The position numbers were made by a program, and so were the translations under genes. This document shows positions 9,608 to 20,533 of a stretch of DNA of 64,000 nt, piece by piece (the first letter of the stretch is position 1; every line of letters starts with the position of its first letter). The notes below the pieces were generated by a model, which had not been told where the DNA came from, did no database searches, and saw nothing but the letters and a program-made list of their open reading frames with translations. This DNA comes from Candidatus Daviesbacteria bacterium RIFCSPHIGHO2_02_FULL_43_12. GTDB taxonomy: Bacteria; Patescibacteriota; Microgenomatia; Daviesbacterales; UBA10151. The stretch is taken from contig MFDD01000002.1 in the NCBI GenBank assembly GCA_001776775.1, positions 309,344-373,343 of the forward strand, in the 5' to 3' direction.

Positions 9608-10834
9608 TTGACTCTGGACTCTAGCGACTTGCAACTAAATATGAATATACTAGAGACCATTGGGCTGGCTATAAAAGCGATTATCAGCAACAGACTACGC
9701 TCGTTTCTGACAGTGTTGGGCATTGTCATCGGAGTTACTTCCGTAATTTTACTTGTGTCTTTAGTGACGGGTTTAAAAACATATATCACTGGACAGATCT
9801 CGGGGCTCGGATCTAACCTGATCTTTGTAGTTCCCGGTAAATTGGGCGGGGGCAGAGGTCCAGGAGGGGTGCAAGTTAACCGGCTGACTTACCAACACGC
9901 CACTGAGGTCAAAAATAAACTTGGCTCGGAGGCAGAAGTCTCGGCTGCCGTCCAGAAGATAACTCAAGCAAAATACCTCAATCTCACCAGCAAAGATACC
10001 TCTATCTTCGGCATGCAATCCAATGTGCTTAAGGTGATCTTGGCGATTAAGCTGGATAGCGGTAGGTTCTTTAATTCTTCCGAAGCCGATGCCGCCAAGC
10101 GAGTTGCCGTGATTGGTCAAACAGTCAAAAAAAACTTGTTCAAAGATGCCTCCCCTTTAGGAAAATCGATCTCTGTCAATAATCTAAAATATGTGGTGAT
10201 TGGGGTCATCGCCACTCGGGGATCAACTTTTGGGGTGGATCAGGATAATACGATTTATGCTCCACTCCTGACTGTTTCGCGTCAATTTGGGATCGATAAA
10301 CTAAACACCATCTATATCAGTGCCGCCTCAAACGAGTCCGTTAAAGCTGTACAGGATAAAACAGTGGCTATTTTGAAAAAAAGCCTTTCGGAGGATGACT
10401 TTACTGTCCAGACTCAGGAACAAACACTCTCGACTATCTCTCAAATTACTGGAGTTTTAACAGCTGCTTTGGGAGGTATCGCGGCTATTTCTCTAATTGT
10501 CGGAGGAATAGGCGTAATGAATATCATGTTAGTCTCGGTGACAGAGAGGACTAGAGAGATCGGGCTGCGCAAAGCCCTGGGGGCTAAGCCTGCGGATATC
10601 CGTAACCAGTTTTTGGTCGAAGCGGTCACTCTTTCTAGTATTGGTGGGGTGATTGGGATCATCTTAGGATTTCTACTGTCACTGGTGATTGGTAAATTCT
10701 TTACCACCTCTGTTCCGATGTGGTCCGTGTTTCTTTCTTTTGGGTTCTCGATGTTAGTTGGAGTAGTGTTCGGAGTAGCCCCGGCAATTCGGGCCGCTAG
10801 ACTCAATCCGATCCAGGCATTACGCTATGAATAA
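9608..10834 (+). CDS. ABC transporter permease, FtsX/MacB-like (4 TM with large periplasmic loop)
   Basis: MacB_PCD-like periplasmic domain between TM1 and TM2 and a C-terminal FtsX-type 3-TM bundle. The true start is probably the ATG at 9641 (MNILETIGLAIKAI...). Confidence 0.8.
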   Translation: MTLDSSDLQLNMNILETIGLAIKAIISNRLRSFLTVLGIVIGVTSVILLVSLVTGLKTYITGQISGLGSNLIFVVPGKLGGGRGPGGVQVNRLTYQHATEVKNKLGSEAEVSAAVQKITQAKYLNLTSKDTSIFGMQSNVLKVILAIKLDSGRFFNSSEADAAKRVAVIGQTVKKNLFKDASPLGKSISVNNLKYVVIGVIATRGSTFGVDQDNTIYAPLLTVSRQFGIDKLNTIYISAASNESVKAVQDKTVAILKKSLSEDDFTVQTQEQTLSTISQITGVLTAALGGIAAISLIVGGIGVMNIMLVSVTERTREIGLRKALGAKPADIRNQFLVEAVTLSSIGGVIGIILGFLLSLVIGKFFTTSVPMWSVFLSFGFSMLVGVVFGVAPAIRAARLNPIQALRYE

Positions 10835-10860
10835 TTTTTAGTGATATATAATACCCCCAG

Positions 10861-11349
10861 ATGATTATTTTAGGAATCGATCCAGGGATTAGCCGGATTG
10901 GGTGGGGACTGGTCGAAGAATTAAAAGGTAGGCTATCTCCTATTAAATATGGCTGTCTGGAAACCAGTCCTAAACATTCAGAAGAGTCGAGACTCCTGGA
11001 GATTCACATTTTTTTTAGCAAACTCATTGCAGAGTTTAATCCGGACATCGTTTCTTTAGAACAGCTTTTTTTCGCTGCCAACACCAAAACTGCTTTTTCC
11101 GTTGGACAAGCCAGAGGTGTACTAATACTGACGATGACTCAAAAAAAAATCCCTATCCAAAGCTTTACCCCACTACAGGTTAAATTGGCTATCTGTGGTT
11201 ACGGTCGAGCAGAAAAAAAACAGATCCAACAGATGGTAAAAGCCTTGTTAAACTTAACTACAATCCCAGAGCCGGACGATGCAGCTGATGCCTTAGCTAT
11301 TGCATTAACCTTTGCTTTTTCATATAAACTAGACAAGAAATTAATATGA
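10861..11349 (+). CDS. ruvC: crossover junction endodeoxyribonuclease RuvC
   Basis: MIILGIDPGISRIGWGLVE... and the catalytic DDAADALAIAL motif. ATGA overlap with ruvA. Confidence 0.85.
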   Translation: MIILGIDPGISRIGWGLVEELKGRLSPIKYGCLETSPKHSEESRLLEIHIFFSKLIAEFNPDIVSLEQLFFAANTKTAFSVGQARGVLILTMTQKKIPIQSFTPLQVKLAICGYGRAEKKQIQQMVKALLNLTTIPEPDDAADALAIALTFAFSYKLDKKLI

Positions 11350-11915
11350 TTGGATTTTTAAAAGGTACAATCCATACAAAATATTCAGATTCAATTCTGC
11401 TCTTCACAGGCGGCGTAGGCTACCAAGTTTTTCTCGGACCGAGAGCTTTGGCCGGTCTCAATGTCTCCTCTCCCTTGGAGCTATACATTTATTCTCATAT
11501 CCGCGAGGATGCATTTGATTTATATGGTTTTAAAACAGCAGAAGAACTACAGACCTTTAGACTCCTCACTAGTGTCTCCGGAATTGGATCAAAAACTGCT
11601 CTGTTAGTAATTGACCAGGGAGCACCAAGAATACAAAAAGCTATTTTAAATGCTGATGTCGAGTTTTTTACCAGTATCCCACGATTAGGACGTAAAAATG
11701 CTCAGAAAATTATAATCGAACTAAAAAACAAGGTCGGTAGTTTAAAAGATCTTGACTTAAACTCGATTGGTCCGGAAACATCCGAATTAAGCGAGGCCCT
11801 CCTCTCCATGGGATATACCAAACCGGAGCTAGCTAAAACACTTTCCAAGATACCAACCGAGGCTGTAACACTCGAACAAAAGGTTCGGGCTGCCCTGCGA
11901 TTATTAGCTAAATAA
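11346..11915 (+). CDS. ruvA: Holliday junction DNA helicase RuvA
   Basis: MIGFLKGTI...GVGYQVF OB-fold start, helix-hairpin-helix region [10 protein letters not shown], 189 aa. Confidence 0.85.
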   Translation: MIGFLKGTIHTKYSDSILLFTGGVGYQVFLGPRALAGLNVSSPLELYIYSHIREDAFDLYGFKTAEELQTFRLLTSVSGIGSKTALLVIDQGAPRIQKAILNADVEFFTSIPRLGRKNAQKIIIELKNKVGSLKDLDLNSIGPETSELSEALLSMGYTKPELAKTLSKIPTEAVTLEQKVRAALRLLAK

Positions 11916-11916
11916 A

Positions 11917-12930
11917 ATGTCCAAAAAACTGACTATCGATCCGGAAACCGAGACTCCGGAAGAAGAAAAACTGTTTACTTCCCTCCGGGCTAACGCCTGG
12001 AATGAGTTTATTGGACAACTCAAAACCAAGGAGTCTTTAAATATCGCAATTTCAGCCGCCAAATCCAGGGGGGACGCAATGGAGCATACCTTACTCTATG
12101 GCCCCCCAGGGCTTGGCAAAACTACTCTTGCTCACCTCATCGCCGCCGAGATGGGAAGTGCTATTCGAGTTACATCAGGGCCAGCTATCGAGAGAGCCGG
12201 CGATTTGGCTTCGATATTAACTAATCTTGAACCCAAAGATATTTTATTTATCGACGAAATCCATCGATTGTCCAAGGTTGTCGAAGAAACTCTTTATCCG
12301 GCGATGGAGGATTTTGCCCTGGATATTGTGATCGGCAAGGGTCCATCGGCCAGGACTGTCCGCTTAGACCTCCCCCAAATCACGATCATCGGAGCGACTA
12401 CCAAAATAGGGCTGATCTCTGCTCCTCTGCGTGACCGATTTGGAGTAACCCACCGACTGTCTTTCTATGAACCTTTGGATCTTGCTCGGATTATTGAAAT
12501 AGCCGCCAAAAAGCTTAACTTAAAGATAGACCGAGAAGCTATTTTGGAGATTGGGAAAAGAGCTCGGGGTACTCCCCGTATTGCTCTTAAACTGCTTAAA
12601 CGGATCCGTGATTATTCACAGGTTCACGGCCAAGGTATTGTGACCAAGCTATTGCTGACTCAAGCGTTAGACCTGATGGAGGTCGATCCTCTTGGACTTG
12701 ATGACTCGGATAGAAGACTTCTCCTAGCCATTATCCATAAGTTTGGAGGAGGACCAGTGGGTCTGGAGACGATATCGGCAACCCTTTCGGAGGATATAGG
12801 CACTATTGAAGAAGTGATTGAACCATACCTTATGCAAATTGGTTTCCTAAAGAGAACCCCCAGGGGCCGAGTCGTCACCCCTCAAGCCTATCTCCACCTT
12901 GGGTTAAAGGCTCCTGTAGAAATTAAATAA
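11917..12930 (+). CDS. ruvB: Holliday junction ATP-dependent DNA helicase RuvB
   Basis: Walker [12 protein letters not shown], Walker [10 protein letters not shown], sensor and winged-helix C-terminus. Full RuvB length of 337 aa. Confidence 0.95.
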   Translation: MSKKLTIDPETETPEEEKLFTSLRANAWNEFIGQLKTKESLNIAISAAKSRGDAMEHTLLYGPPGLGKTTLAHLIAAEMGSAIRVTSGPAIERAGDLASILTNLEPKDILFIDEIHRLSKVVEETLYPAMEDFALDIVIGKGPSARTVRLDLPQITIIGATTKIGLISAPLRDRFGVTHRLSFYEPLDLARIIEIAAKKLNLKIDREAILEIGKRARGTPRIALKLLKRIRDYSQVHGQGIVTKLLLTQALDLMEVDPLGLDDSDRRLLLAIIHKFGGGPVGLETISATLSEDIGTIEEVIEPYLMQIGFLKRTPRGRVVTPQAYLHLGLKAPVEIK

Positions 12931-13030
12931 CCCCCTAAGTGTCATCTCGAACGAAGTGAGAGATCTCCAGGTTTCAACCTGCAGATTCCTCGTTACACTC
13001 GGAATGACATTAAAGAGGGCGTAACTCTTT

Positions 13031-13663
13031 CTATATAGTGAGTAAGCTAAATAAGTGGCATAGACTACCAGCCAATACAAAGAGGTGCCATAAACCATGG
13101 TTAAATTTAAGACTTCTCCAGGAATAGATCATCGCTCCGAAGGTATAAAACAGCCCTCCGGCGATCAGTAGAGTAAGTCCCACAGGAGAGAGACCAAGAG
13201 CGAGCGGGCCAATCACCAGGATTGCACACCAGCCCATTGCTAAATAGAGGGTTAACGATAGTTTGGAAAACTTTCCTAAAAAAAGTGATTTATAGATCAC
13301 CCCCAAAATAGTTATTACCCAAAGGCTGGCAAAGATTATCCAACCGATCGGTCCGCCTACTACTAAGAGCAAAAATGGGGTATAGGTCGCCGCTATAAAT
13401 ACATAAATTGCACTATGATCGAGAATTTGAAAGACTTTGCGGGCTTTAGTAAAACTTAAGGAGTGAAAGAGGGTAGAAAATAAGAAAAGAAATAGGAAGG
13501 AGAATCCAAAAAGAATCAGGGTTAAACTTTTTACCAGAAAGAGCTTATCGGCTTTAAAGAAAAAATAAAGCAGCGCTCCCGCTCCAACGATAGCTCCTAA
13601 CCCATGGGTAATACTACTAAAGATCTCTTCTTGGACAGAATCGCGGTGGGCAGATTCAGGCAT
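13031..13663 (-). CDS. hemolysin III / PAQR-family 7-TM membrane protein
   Basis: 210 aa with 7 predicted TM helices and the conserved HxxxH/ HSxxxY-like histidines of the YqfA/hemolysin-III family. Confidence 0.7.
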   Translation of the reverse strand: MPESAHRDSVQEEIFSSITHGLGAIVGAGALLYFFFKADKLFLVKSLTLILFGFSFLFLFLFSTLFHSLSFTKARKVFQILDHSAIYVFIAATYTPFLLLVVGGPIGWIIFASLWVITILGVIYKSLFLGKFSKLSLTLYLAMGWCAILVIGPLALGLSPVGLTLLIAGGLFYTFGAMIYSWRSLKFNHGLWHLFVLAGSLCHLFSLLTI

Positions 13664-14955
13664 TAGTAGCGATAATGCTCAGGCTTAAACGGGCCATTTT
13701 CGGCAATATCCATATATTCAGCCTGATCTTTAGATAGCTTAGTGATTTTACCCCCCAGGTGCCTAACATGCAGCTCAGCGACTTTTTCATCTAAGTGTTT
13801 CGGCAAACGAAAAACTCCTAAATCATAATTTTTGGTATATAGCTCGATTTGGGCCAACACCTGATTAGAAAAAGAGTTTGACATTACAAATGACGGATGA
13901 CCGGTCGCACAACCAAGATTAACCAACCGACCTTCAGCCAGCAGAATAATCCGGTGCCCATCGGGAAAAGTGTAAAGATCAACCTGGGGCTTAATCGATT
14001 CTTTCTTAATCCCCTCATATTCGTTTAACTGCTTGATTTGGATCTCTACATCAAAGTGCCCAATGTTACACACGATTGCAGTATCCTTCATTTCCTTCAT
14101 GTGAGAGGTGGTAATAATATCCCGACAGCCAGTAGCCGTCACAAAAATATCCGCTTCTTTGACCGCTTCCTCCATGGTCACTACCTCAAAACCCTCCATC
14201 AGAGCTTGCAGGGCATTAATCGGATCAATCTCGGTAATCAAAACCCTCGCCCCAAACGCCGCTAGTGACCTAGCGCTACCTTTACCCACATCACCAAATC
14301 CGGCCACCACTGCCACTTTTCCAGCAATCATAATATCGGTGGCCCGCTTGATGCCATCAACCAGAGACTCCCGGCAACCATAAAGGTTGTCAAACTTCGA
14401 TTTAGTCACACTGTCATTGACGTTGATAGCCGGGATTTTTAACTGACCAGTCTTTAGCATTTGTACCAGGTGATGTACCCCCGTGGTGGTTTCCTCGGAG
14501 ACTCCTTTGATCTCGACAAGCAGCTCGGGATGTTTATCATGCACCCAGCTTGTCAAATCGCCTCCGTCATCTAGTAACATATTCGGACCCTTGCTGTCGG
14601 CAAAGGTTAAGGTCTGTTCGATACACCACCAATACTCTTTCTCAGTTTCACCTTTCCAGGCAAAGACCGGGGTTTGGGTTTGGGCGATCGCGGCGGCGGC
14701 GTGGTCTTGGGTGGAAAAGATATTACAAGATGACCAGCGAACCTCGGCACCCAGCTCTTGGAGAGTTTCAATCAGGACTGCTGTCTGGATAGTCATATGC
14801 AAAGATCCGGCAATCCGGGCTCCTTTAAGGGGTTTAAGCTCGCCAAACTCTTTCCGAAGAGCCATTAAGCCCGGCATCTCCTGCTCGGCCAAGGTGATCT
14901 CTTTTCTGCCCCAATCAGCAAGGGTTAAATCTGCAACTTTATAATCTTTGTTCAT
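13663..14955 (-). CDS. ahcY: S-adenosyl-L-homocysteine hydrolase (adenosylhomocysteinase)
   Basis: 430 aa with the NAD-binding [15 protein letters not shown] motif and conserved HFDxEI and CNIGHFD blocks, at AhcY length. Confidence 0.95.
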   Translation of the reverse strand: MNKDYKVADLTLADWGRKEITLAEQEMPGLMALRKEFGELKPLKGARIAGSLHMTIQTAVLIETLQELGAEVRWSSCNIFSTQDHAAAAIAQTQTPVFAWKGETEKEYWWCIEQTLTFADSKGPNMLLDDGGDLTSWVHDKHPELLVEIKGVSEETTTGVHHLVQMLKTGQLKIPAINVNDSVTKSKFDNLYGCRESLVDGIKRATDIMIAGKVAVVAGFGDVGKGSARSLAAFGARVLITEIDPINALQALMEGFEVVTMEEAVKEADIFVTATGCRDIITTSHMKEMKDTAIVCNIGHFDVEIQIKQLNEYEGIKKESIKPQVDLYTFPDGHRIILLAEGRLVNLGCATGHPSFVMSNSFSNQVLAQIELYTKNYDLGVFRLPKHLDEKVAELHVRHLGGKITKLSKDQAEYMDIAENGPFKPEHYRY

Positions 14956-15913
14956 AGTTATCTAAACTAATTTCTTCCCCAAAATTTTCTTTAAATCTAG
15001 CTTCAAATTCCTCCCTGGTAAATTTGTGCTCCTGAGTCCCTAACTTCTCGACGGTAAAGCTCGCGGCCACAGACCCTAGTTTACCACAAACTTCAAGATT
15101 CCAGTTCCGGATATATCCATATAAAAATCCGGCCCTAAAACCGTCTCCTGCTCCGGTCGGATCAGTAAACTCCCGCGGCTTAGCGATGGGAATCTGGATT
15201 AAGTCCTTGACCTTGGCTCCCTCAATAACCGAACCTAGCTTACCAAAAGTCGTGACTAAGACCGGTATTCGTTTTTTAATCTCCTCTTTCCTTAGGCTGA
15301 CCTTACTACTCAAGACATCTAACTCGTATTCATTAACGATCAATAGCTCAGCTTGTGCTAAGCCTTCTTTGAGATCTTCGACGGGGGTATTCGTGACCTG
15401 TTGGCCAATATCATAAAACAAGCGTAGATTTTGCTCTTTACACTCTCTGACCTGTTGTTTCATCATCTTCGGATCATGAGCCGAGACTACTACCAAAACG
15501 TCATCTTCAAACCAGGGCTTTAAGCTTAAAGTGCTGCTATCGAACATCGCCCCAGGATAAAAGCCTCCAATTTGATTATCGTCACGATCGGTCATCACTG
15601 TAAATGAAGCGGTAGGCAGATCACTTAAATAAAGATGGGTAGTATCTACCCCTAGCTCAGTTAACCGCTCTTTATACGCGAAGTCTCTTTTACCCAGAGA
15701 CCCGAGTAGCACCGGTTTTTCTCCCAGCAGAGCCAGAGAGTAGGCGATATTTGCCCCAATCCCACCATCAGTGTCTCTTAGACTATCAATAAAAATACTT
15801 AAAGAAAGGGTGTGGACCTTTTCCGGTAAGATATGTTCTTTATATAACCCGTCAAAGTGCATAATCCGGTCGATCGCCACCGATCCACTGATAATTAGTT
15901 GAGGAAGATCCAT
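14939..15913 (-). CDS. PfkB-family carbohydrate/nucleoside kinase (plausibly adenosine kinase)
   Basis: The ribokinase-fold C-terminal motif [16 protein letters not shown] supports the call. Its 17-nt overlap with ahcY suggests adenosine salvage, but substrate specificity is an inference. Confidence 0.7.
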   Translation of the reverse strand: MDLPQLIISGSVAIDRIMHFDGLYKEHILPEKVHTLSLSIFIDSLRDTDGGIGANIAYSLALLGEKPVLLGSLGKRDFAYKERLTELGVDTTHLYLSDLPTASFTVMTDRDDNQIGGFYPGAMFDSSTLSLKPWFEDDVLVVVSAHDPKMMKQQVRECKEQNLRLFYDIGQQVTNTPVEDLKEGLAQAELLIVNEYELDVLSSKVSLRKEEIKKRIPVLVTTFGKLGSVIEGAKVKDLIQIPIAKPREFTDPTGAGDGFRAGFLYGYIRNWNLEVCGKLGSVAASFTVEKLGTQEHKFTREEFEARFKENFGEEISLDNYEQRL

Positions 15914-15966
15914 ACCGATTTACTGTAAAGCTTTCCGGAGCAAGCTTCAAGAGGTATAATGCCAAC

Positions 15967-17034
15967 ATGGACGAGATTAAAAGTAAACTGCTAGATCTTC
16001 AAAAGCGTTTTGCAAAGATCCTCGAATCAATCGACCAGTCCCAGGTTAAAGCAGAGATTTCGAGTCTGGAAGGGGAGATGGGTCAAGAAGGGTTTTGGAA
16101 CAATCAGGATAATGCTCGATCAGTTTCTAAAAAATTAGCTGACAATCAAAAACTTCTGACCACGCTTGCAGAGTATCAGGGTCGGATAAAGGATGCCCTG
16201 GAGATAGCCGATGAAGAGTCGATGCGCACTGATTTAATTAAAGAGGTTAAAATTATTTCTGAAAAAGTTGATGAGCTAGAACTTAAGCTCTTTTTATCCG
16301 GAGATCACGATGAATCCGAAGCGATTGTCTCTATCCACTCTGGAGCGGGAGGCGTCGAAGCGATGGATTGGGCCTCGATGTTGGTCCGGATGTACCAGAG
16401 ATTTTTTGAGAAAAAGGGCTGGCAATTTGAAGTCACTGATGAAGACCCAGGGGAAGAAGCCGGGATTAAAACAGTCTCGGTGATTGTCCATGAGCCATTT
16501 GGTTTTGGGCTACTTAAAGGAGAGGCCGGAACCCATCGTCTAGTTCGACTGTCCCCCTTTAATGCCGACAGTCTCCGGCAAACCTCTTTTGCGCTTGTTG
16601 AAGTCCTGCCAGTTTTAGAACAAGGCGAGTTTGAAGTCAGTGACAGTGATATTGAATTTGAAGCTTTCCGCTCAGGAGGAGCTGGCGGACAGAATGTAAA
16701 TAAAGTTAATACTGCTGTCAGATTAAAACATTTACCGACCGGTCTGGTCGTAACTGCCCAAACCGAGAGGTCCCAGCTGCAAAACCGGGAAAATGCCATG
16801 AAACTGTTGGTGGCCAAGCTATGGTCGTTGCGTCAAGCTCAAGACAAAAAGCAAGTTCAAAGTCTTCAGGGTAACACTCAGGGTTCTTGGGGGACTCAAA
16901 TCCGCTCTTATGTGCTCCACCCCTATCATATGGTCAAAGACCTGCGAACTGAGGTCGAGACTTCGGATACAGACGGGGTACTGGGGGGTGATCTAGATCA
17001 ATTCATCGAAGCAGAAGTACGACTCTTGGAATAG
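15967..17034 (+). CDS. prfB: peptide chain release factor 2
   Basis: SPF tripeptide (RLSPFNADS) identifies RF2 rather than RF1. GGQ motif [12 protein letters not shown]. It is a single uninterrupted ORF, with no +1 frameshift site. Confidence 0.9.
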   Translation: MDEIKSKLLDLQKRFAKILESIDQSQVKAEISSLEGEMGQEGFWNNQDNARSVSKKLADNQKLLTTLAEYQGRIKDALEIADEESMRTDLIKEVKIISEKVDELELKLFLSGDHDESEAIVSIHSGAGGVEAMDWASMLVRMYQRFFEKKGWQFEVTDEDPGEEAGIKTVSVIVHEPFGFGLLKGEAGTHRLVRLSPFNADSLRQTSFALVEVLPVLEQGEFEVSDSDIEFEAFRSGGAGGQNVNKVNTAVRLKHLPTGLVVTAQTERSQLQNRENAMKLLVAKLWSLRQAQDKKQVQSLQGNTQGSWGTQIRSYVLHPYHMVKDLRTEVETSDTDGVLGGDLDQFIEAEVRLLE

Positions 17035-17045
17035 CTTCAAGATTA

Positions 17046-17061
17046 AAGATTCATGAATCTT
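17046..17061. promoter_or_regulatory. perfect 16-bp palindrome AAGATTCATGAATCTT with an adjacent half-site repeat (ATCATGAATCT at 17071-17081)
   Basis: It lies in the prfB-downstream / 146-aa-gene-upstream intergenic region. It is AT-rich and has no U-tract, so it looks more like an operator than a terminator. Confidence 0.35.
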
Positions 17062-17137
17062 GTATCCTGTATCATGAATCTGACTTTACTGGACTCTTGC
17101 CACTTGTCTCTATTGGGAGGTATGTTACAATAAATTC

Positions 17138-17578
17138 ATGGAGTCGGAGAAGGTGGGGTTACTGCATAAAATCGGAGCTCATACCAAGTTTGGCAAAATA
17201 GTTTTTGGGGTTTTAGCCTTGGCTATAATCGGAGGAGTCCTGACTGGGCTATCCATGGCTTCTTCCGGAAATCGCAGCAATGCAGCCGGAACAGACACCC
17301 AACCTACTGCTAAAGCCGCTAATCAAGATACCCGTACTTTTCGAGATTTCGCTGAAGGTACTCTGACCAAAAAACCTGAACCCAAAAAGGGAGTAATCGA
17401 CTATAGCGAGGGTACCCATCTGCTGGTCAGACAAAACGCTGTTTCTGTAGCTTTAACTTCATCGGTTGTTGACCTGGCTCAATTCGAAGGCAAAAAGGTA
17501 AAAGTTTTTGGGGAGACTCAAAAAGCGATTAAAGAAGGCTGGCTCATGGACGTTGGAAAAGTAGAAGAATTAAAGTAG
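17138..17578 (+). CDS. hypothetical membrane-anchored protein, 146 aa
   Basis: One N-terminal TM helix (IVFGVLALAIIGGVLTGL) followed by a soluble domain with no recognisable motif. Confidence 0.35.
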   Translation: MESEKVGLLHKIGAHTKFGKIVFGVLALAIIGGVLTGLSMASSGNRSNAAGTDTQPTAKAANQDTRTFRDFAEGTLTKKPEPKKGVIDYSEGTHLLVRQNAVSVALTSSVVDLAQFEGKKVKVFGETQKAIKEGWLMDVGKVEELK

Positions 17579-17635
17579 CTAGAATCCAGAGTCCAGAATC
17601 CAGTATAATTCTTCTAGTCTCTTGATTCTTGAGAT

Positions 17636-18334
17636 TTGTCCCTAAAGATGATTATCCGGTTTGACGATGTTAGTAAAAAATTTAGCTCCACAATCACCGC
17701 TCTTCGGGATGTTAATTTGGAAGTTAAAGGCGGAGAGTTTGTTTTTGTAGTAGGACCTTCTGGCGCCGGAAAGTCCACTTTACTTCGTTTACTGGCTAGA
17801 GAATACCCTGTTTCGTCCGGCAAAATCTCAGTTGATGATCAAGACATCTCCAAACTCAAAGGTACAGATATGCTGGAATATCGTCGAAAGATAGGCTATG
17901 TCTTTCAAGATTTTAAGCTCCTCGATGACCGAACTGTTTTTGAAAACGTAGCCTTAAGTTTGGAAGTCCGAGGCTTTATGGAAGACGATGTCAAAAGAGA
18001 AGTCGAGAGGGTGCTCAAACTTTTTGAGATCTGGGAGCGGCGTAATCTTTTTCCGGCTCAGCTTTCTGGCGGAGAAGCCCAAAGGACAGCTATTGCCAGA
18101 GCTATCATCTCCAAGCCGGATTTGTTAATAGCGGATGAGCCGACCGGAGACCTTGATCCTCAAACTGCCTGGGGGGTAATCCAGCTGTTAAACGAGATTA
18201 ATTCCTGGGGTACAACAGTCATGATGGCCACTCATAATGTTGAAATCGTCAATTCATTAAAACGTCGGGTAATCTATGTTAAAAACGGCACTATCGCCAA
18301 AGATAAAAGTGAAGGAAAATATGAGTTACACTAG
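17636..18334 (+). CDS. ftsE: cell division ATP-binding protein FtsE
   Basis: Walker A GPSGAGKST, signature LSGGEAQRTAIARA, Walker B LLIADEPTGDLD, followed directly by ftsX. The likely start is at 17648 (MIIRFDDV). Confidence 0.9.
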   Translation: MSLKMIIRFDDVSKKFSSTITALRDVNLEVKGGEFVFVVGPSGAGKSTLLRLLAREYPVSSGKISVDDQDISKLKGTDMLEYRRKIGYVFQDFKLLDDRTVFENVALSLEVRGFMEDDVKREVERVLKLFEIWERRNLFPAQLSGGEAQRTAIARAIISKPDLLIADEPTGDLDPQTAWGVIQLLNEINSWGTTVMMATHNVEIVNSLKRRVIYVKNGTIAKDKSEGKYELH

Positions 18335-18415
18335 AGAGAACGCAGAATTAACGAATGCAGATTGCAGATTGTATTTCAATTCTGAATTCTTAATTCTGAA
18401 CTCTGAATTCTTATT

Positions 18416-19285
18416 ATGCCTTTACTAAAGTTTGTCAAAAGAAATGTCCGAAGAGCTCCGTACCAGGCCATTACTGCTTCGATGGTAATGTTTTTGACCT
18501 TTTTAGTGCTCTCTGTGTTTCTAATCTTGGCTTTAGGTTCCCAGCAAATCTTAAAATATTACGAAAGCAAACCCCAAGCCATCGCTTTTTTCAAAGACGG
18601 CACAGCCGATATCGATATAGCTGCTATTCGCCAAGAGCTGGAACTAACTGGCAAAGTAACCAACCTAAAATATATCTCCAAAGAGGAGGCTCTGCAGATA
18701 TACAAAGAGCGTAACAAAGATAAACCAATCCTCCTGGAGCTGGTAACTGCCAATATCCTGCCAGCTTCTCTGGAGATATCAGCCTTTACCCCTAAAGACC
18801 TCAAGCCTATCTCCGAAATTTTAAAAAAAGAGCCAGTGGTCGAAGAGGTAGTTTATCCGGAAGATGTAGTAGCGTCTCTTAGCAAAGCCACCACTATTAT
18901 CCGTTGGGTCGGGCTGGGGTTAGTCAGCTTTTTAATTGTCTTTTCGACCTTGGTCATCTTAATGGTCATCGGGTTCAAGATCCGTTTACGTCGGACCGAG
19001 ATCGAGACAATGCGCCTCCTGGGTGCTTCCAATTGGTTTATCCGAGCCCCTTTTATCTTGGAGGGTATCTTTTATGGAATCACCGGGGCTACCTATGCTT
19101 GGCTTGTCAGCTACGGGATACTTTGGTACTTTGGACCTTTTATCCAAAAGAATCTGGCTGATTTAAACCTCTATCCTGTTTCACCCTTAGTTATGGGTGG
19201 GCTATTGTTGATCGAGTTGTCAGTTGCAGTCATGATTGGGTTTGCTGGTTCCTACGCTGCTGCCAGACGATACTTGCGCCTCTAA
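18416..19285 (+). CDS. ftsX: cell division permease FtsX
   Basis: TM1, a periplasmic domain, then a 3-TM C-terminal bundle (FtsX fold), immediately after ftsE and before an M23 peptidase. Confidence 0.85.
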   Translation: MPLLKFVKRNVRRAPYQAITASMVMFLTFLVLSVFLILALGSQQILKYYESKPQAIAFFKDGTADIDIAAIRQELELTGKVTNLKYISKEEALQIYKERNKDKPILLELVTANILPASLEISAFTPKDLKPISEILKKEPVVEEVVYPEDVVASLSKATTIIRWVGLGLVSFLIVFSTLVILMVIGFKIRLRRTEIETMRLLGASNWFIRAPFILEGIFYGITGATYAWLVSYGILWYFGPFIQKNLADLNLYPVSPLVMGGLLLIELSVAVMIGFAGSYAAARRYLRL

Positions 19286-19291
19286 AAACTT

Positions 19292-20533
19292 ATGAAAGTT
19301 TTCAGAAAAATCACCTTGGTAATTTTTTGTCTGTTCGCGGTGATGACGATCCTGTGGTCGGCTGGTCGTCTATCTCAGTCCACGGACCAAGAGTTGCTTT
19401 TCCCACAAGTTGTCCAGGCTCAGTCGGTTGCTGAACTTGACCAGCAGCTAAGAGACAAAGAAGAGCAGATTCGCCAGGTAGAAAACCAACTCAAAGACAC
19501 CAAAAACCAAGAGCAAACCCTTAAATCTCAGCTTGGGGTGATCGATAATCAGACCAAATTAACCAACCTCAAAATAGAAGAGACTAACTTTAAAATTAAC
19601 AAGCTAAACAAAGAGATCAGTGAACTGGATGGAAGGCTGGATCGGATATCTTCGACCCTGGATACACTTTCCGAAGTGCTATTAAACATGATTATAAAAA
19701 CATATAAATATTCCAATACTACCCCCATTGATCTGATGTTTTCGTCAAATGGTTTCGGTGATTTGATCAGAAGAACCAAATATATCGAGACTATCCAAGC
19801 TGAAGAAAAAAAATACCTCTATCAACTCCAGGCAACAAAGTCTTTGTATAACGACCAAAAAACTGACAAGCAGACCCGCCAGGCAGAAGCAGAAAAATTA
19901 AAAAAGGATTTAGTAAAATATCAAACCGAATTAGATTTGCAGAAAAAAGCCAAAAATGAGCTGCTTAAAGTAACCCAAAATGACGAGTCAAAATTTCAGG
20001 CATTGCTTATCAAGTTGCGCGCTGATACTGAATCTATCTCCCGGGCTTTAGGCAATAAGGGTGTCAAACTAGGTCCGGTCAACAAAGGGGATAGGATCGC
20101 CTCCGTGGGAAACTCAGGCTGTTCAACCGGTCCGCATTTACATTTTGAAGTCATGACTCCAGCCCATGTCGAGGACGGAAAAATTATCGGTAAAGAAAAT
20201 AAGGTTGACCCCAAGCCTTATATAGATTCGGGGAAATTTACTAAGCCTACCCAACGTTATAGTGGCAATGATTGTAGCAATAGTAACAGTTGCCATATAG
20301 GAGACATTACTACTCATTTTGGTCAGACTTATTATATTTTTAGTTCGGGAGGATCGGTCCATAATGCGTTGGATATTGCCGATTATTACGGAGCGGATAT
20401 TTATGCGGCGGAAAGTGGAACAGCCTATACCACTCAAGACAGCAGCGCTTGTTCTATCACTGGAACTGTCGGTAAAGGTGTCTACATCGATCATGGTAAC
20501 GGCATCGTGACCCTCTACTGGCATATCCCCTAA
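19292..20533 (+). CDS. M23 (LytM) family peptidase with N-terminal coiled coil (EnvC/PcsB-like FtsEX partner)
   Basis: Signal/TM segment, a roughly 200-aa heptad-rich coiled coil, and a C-terminal M23 domain with CSTGPHLHFEV (HxH) and the HxxxD region. Confidence 0.8.
   Translation: MKVFRKITLVIFCLFAVMTILWSAGRLSQSTDQELLFPQVVQAQSVAELDQQLRDKEEQIRQVENQLKDTKNQEQTLKSQLGVIDNQTKLTNLKIEETNFKINKLNKEISELDGRLDRISSTLDTLSEVLLNMIIKTYKYSNTTPIDLMFSSNGFGDLIRRTKYIETIQAEEKKYLYQLQATKSLYNDQKTDKQTRQAEAEKLKKDLVKYQTELDLQKKAKNELLKVTQNDESKFQALLIKLRADTESISRALGNKGVKLGPVNKGDRIASVGNSGCSTGPHLHFEVMTPAHVEDGKIIGKENKVDPKPYIDSGKFTKPTQRYSGNDCSNSNSCHIGDITTHFGQTYYIFSSGGSVHNALDIADYYGADIYAAESGTAYTTQDSSACSITGTVGKGVYIDHGNGIVTLYWHIP

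Noticed and set aside
12931-13030. Imperfect inverted repeats between convergent ruvB and hemolysin-III genes, considered as a small RNA.
   Set aside because: The arms are only partially complementary. The position between convergent genes is adequately explained by bidirectional termination structures.
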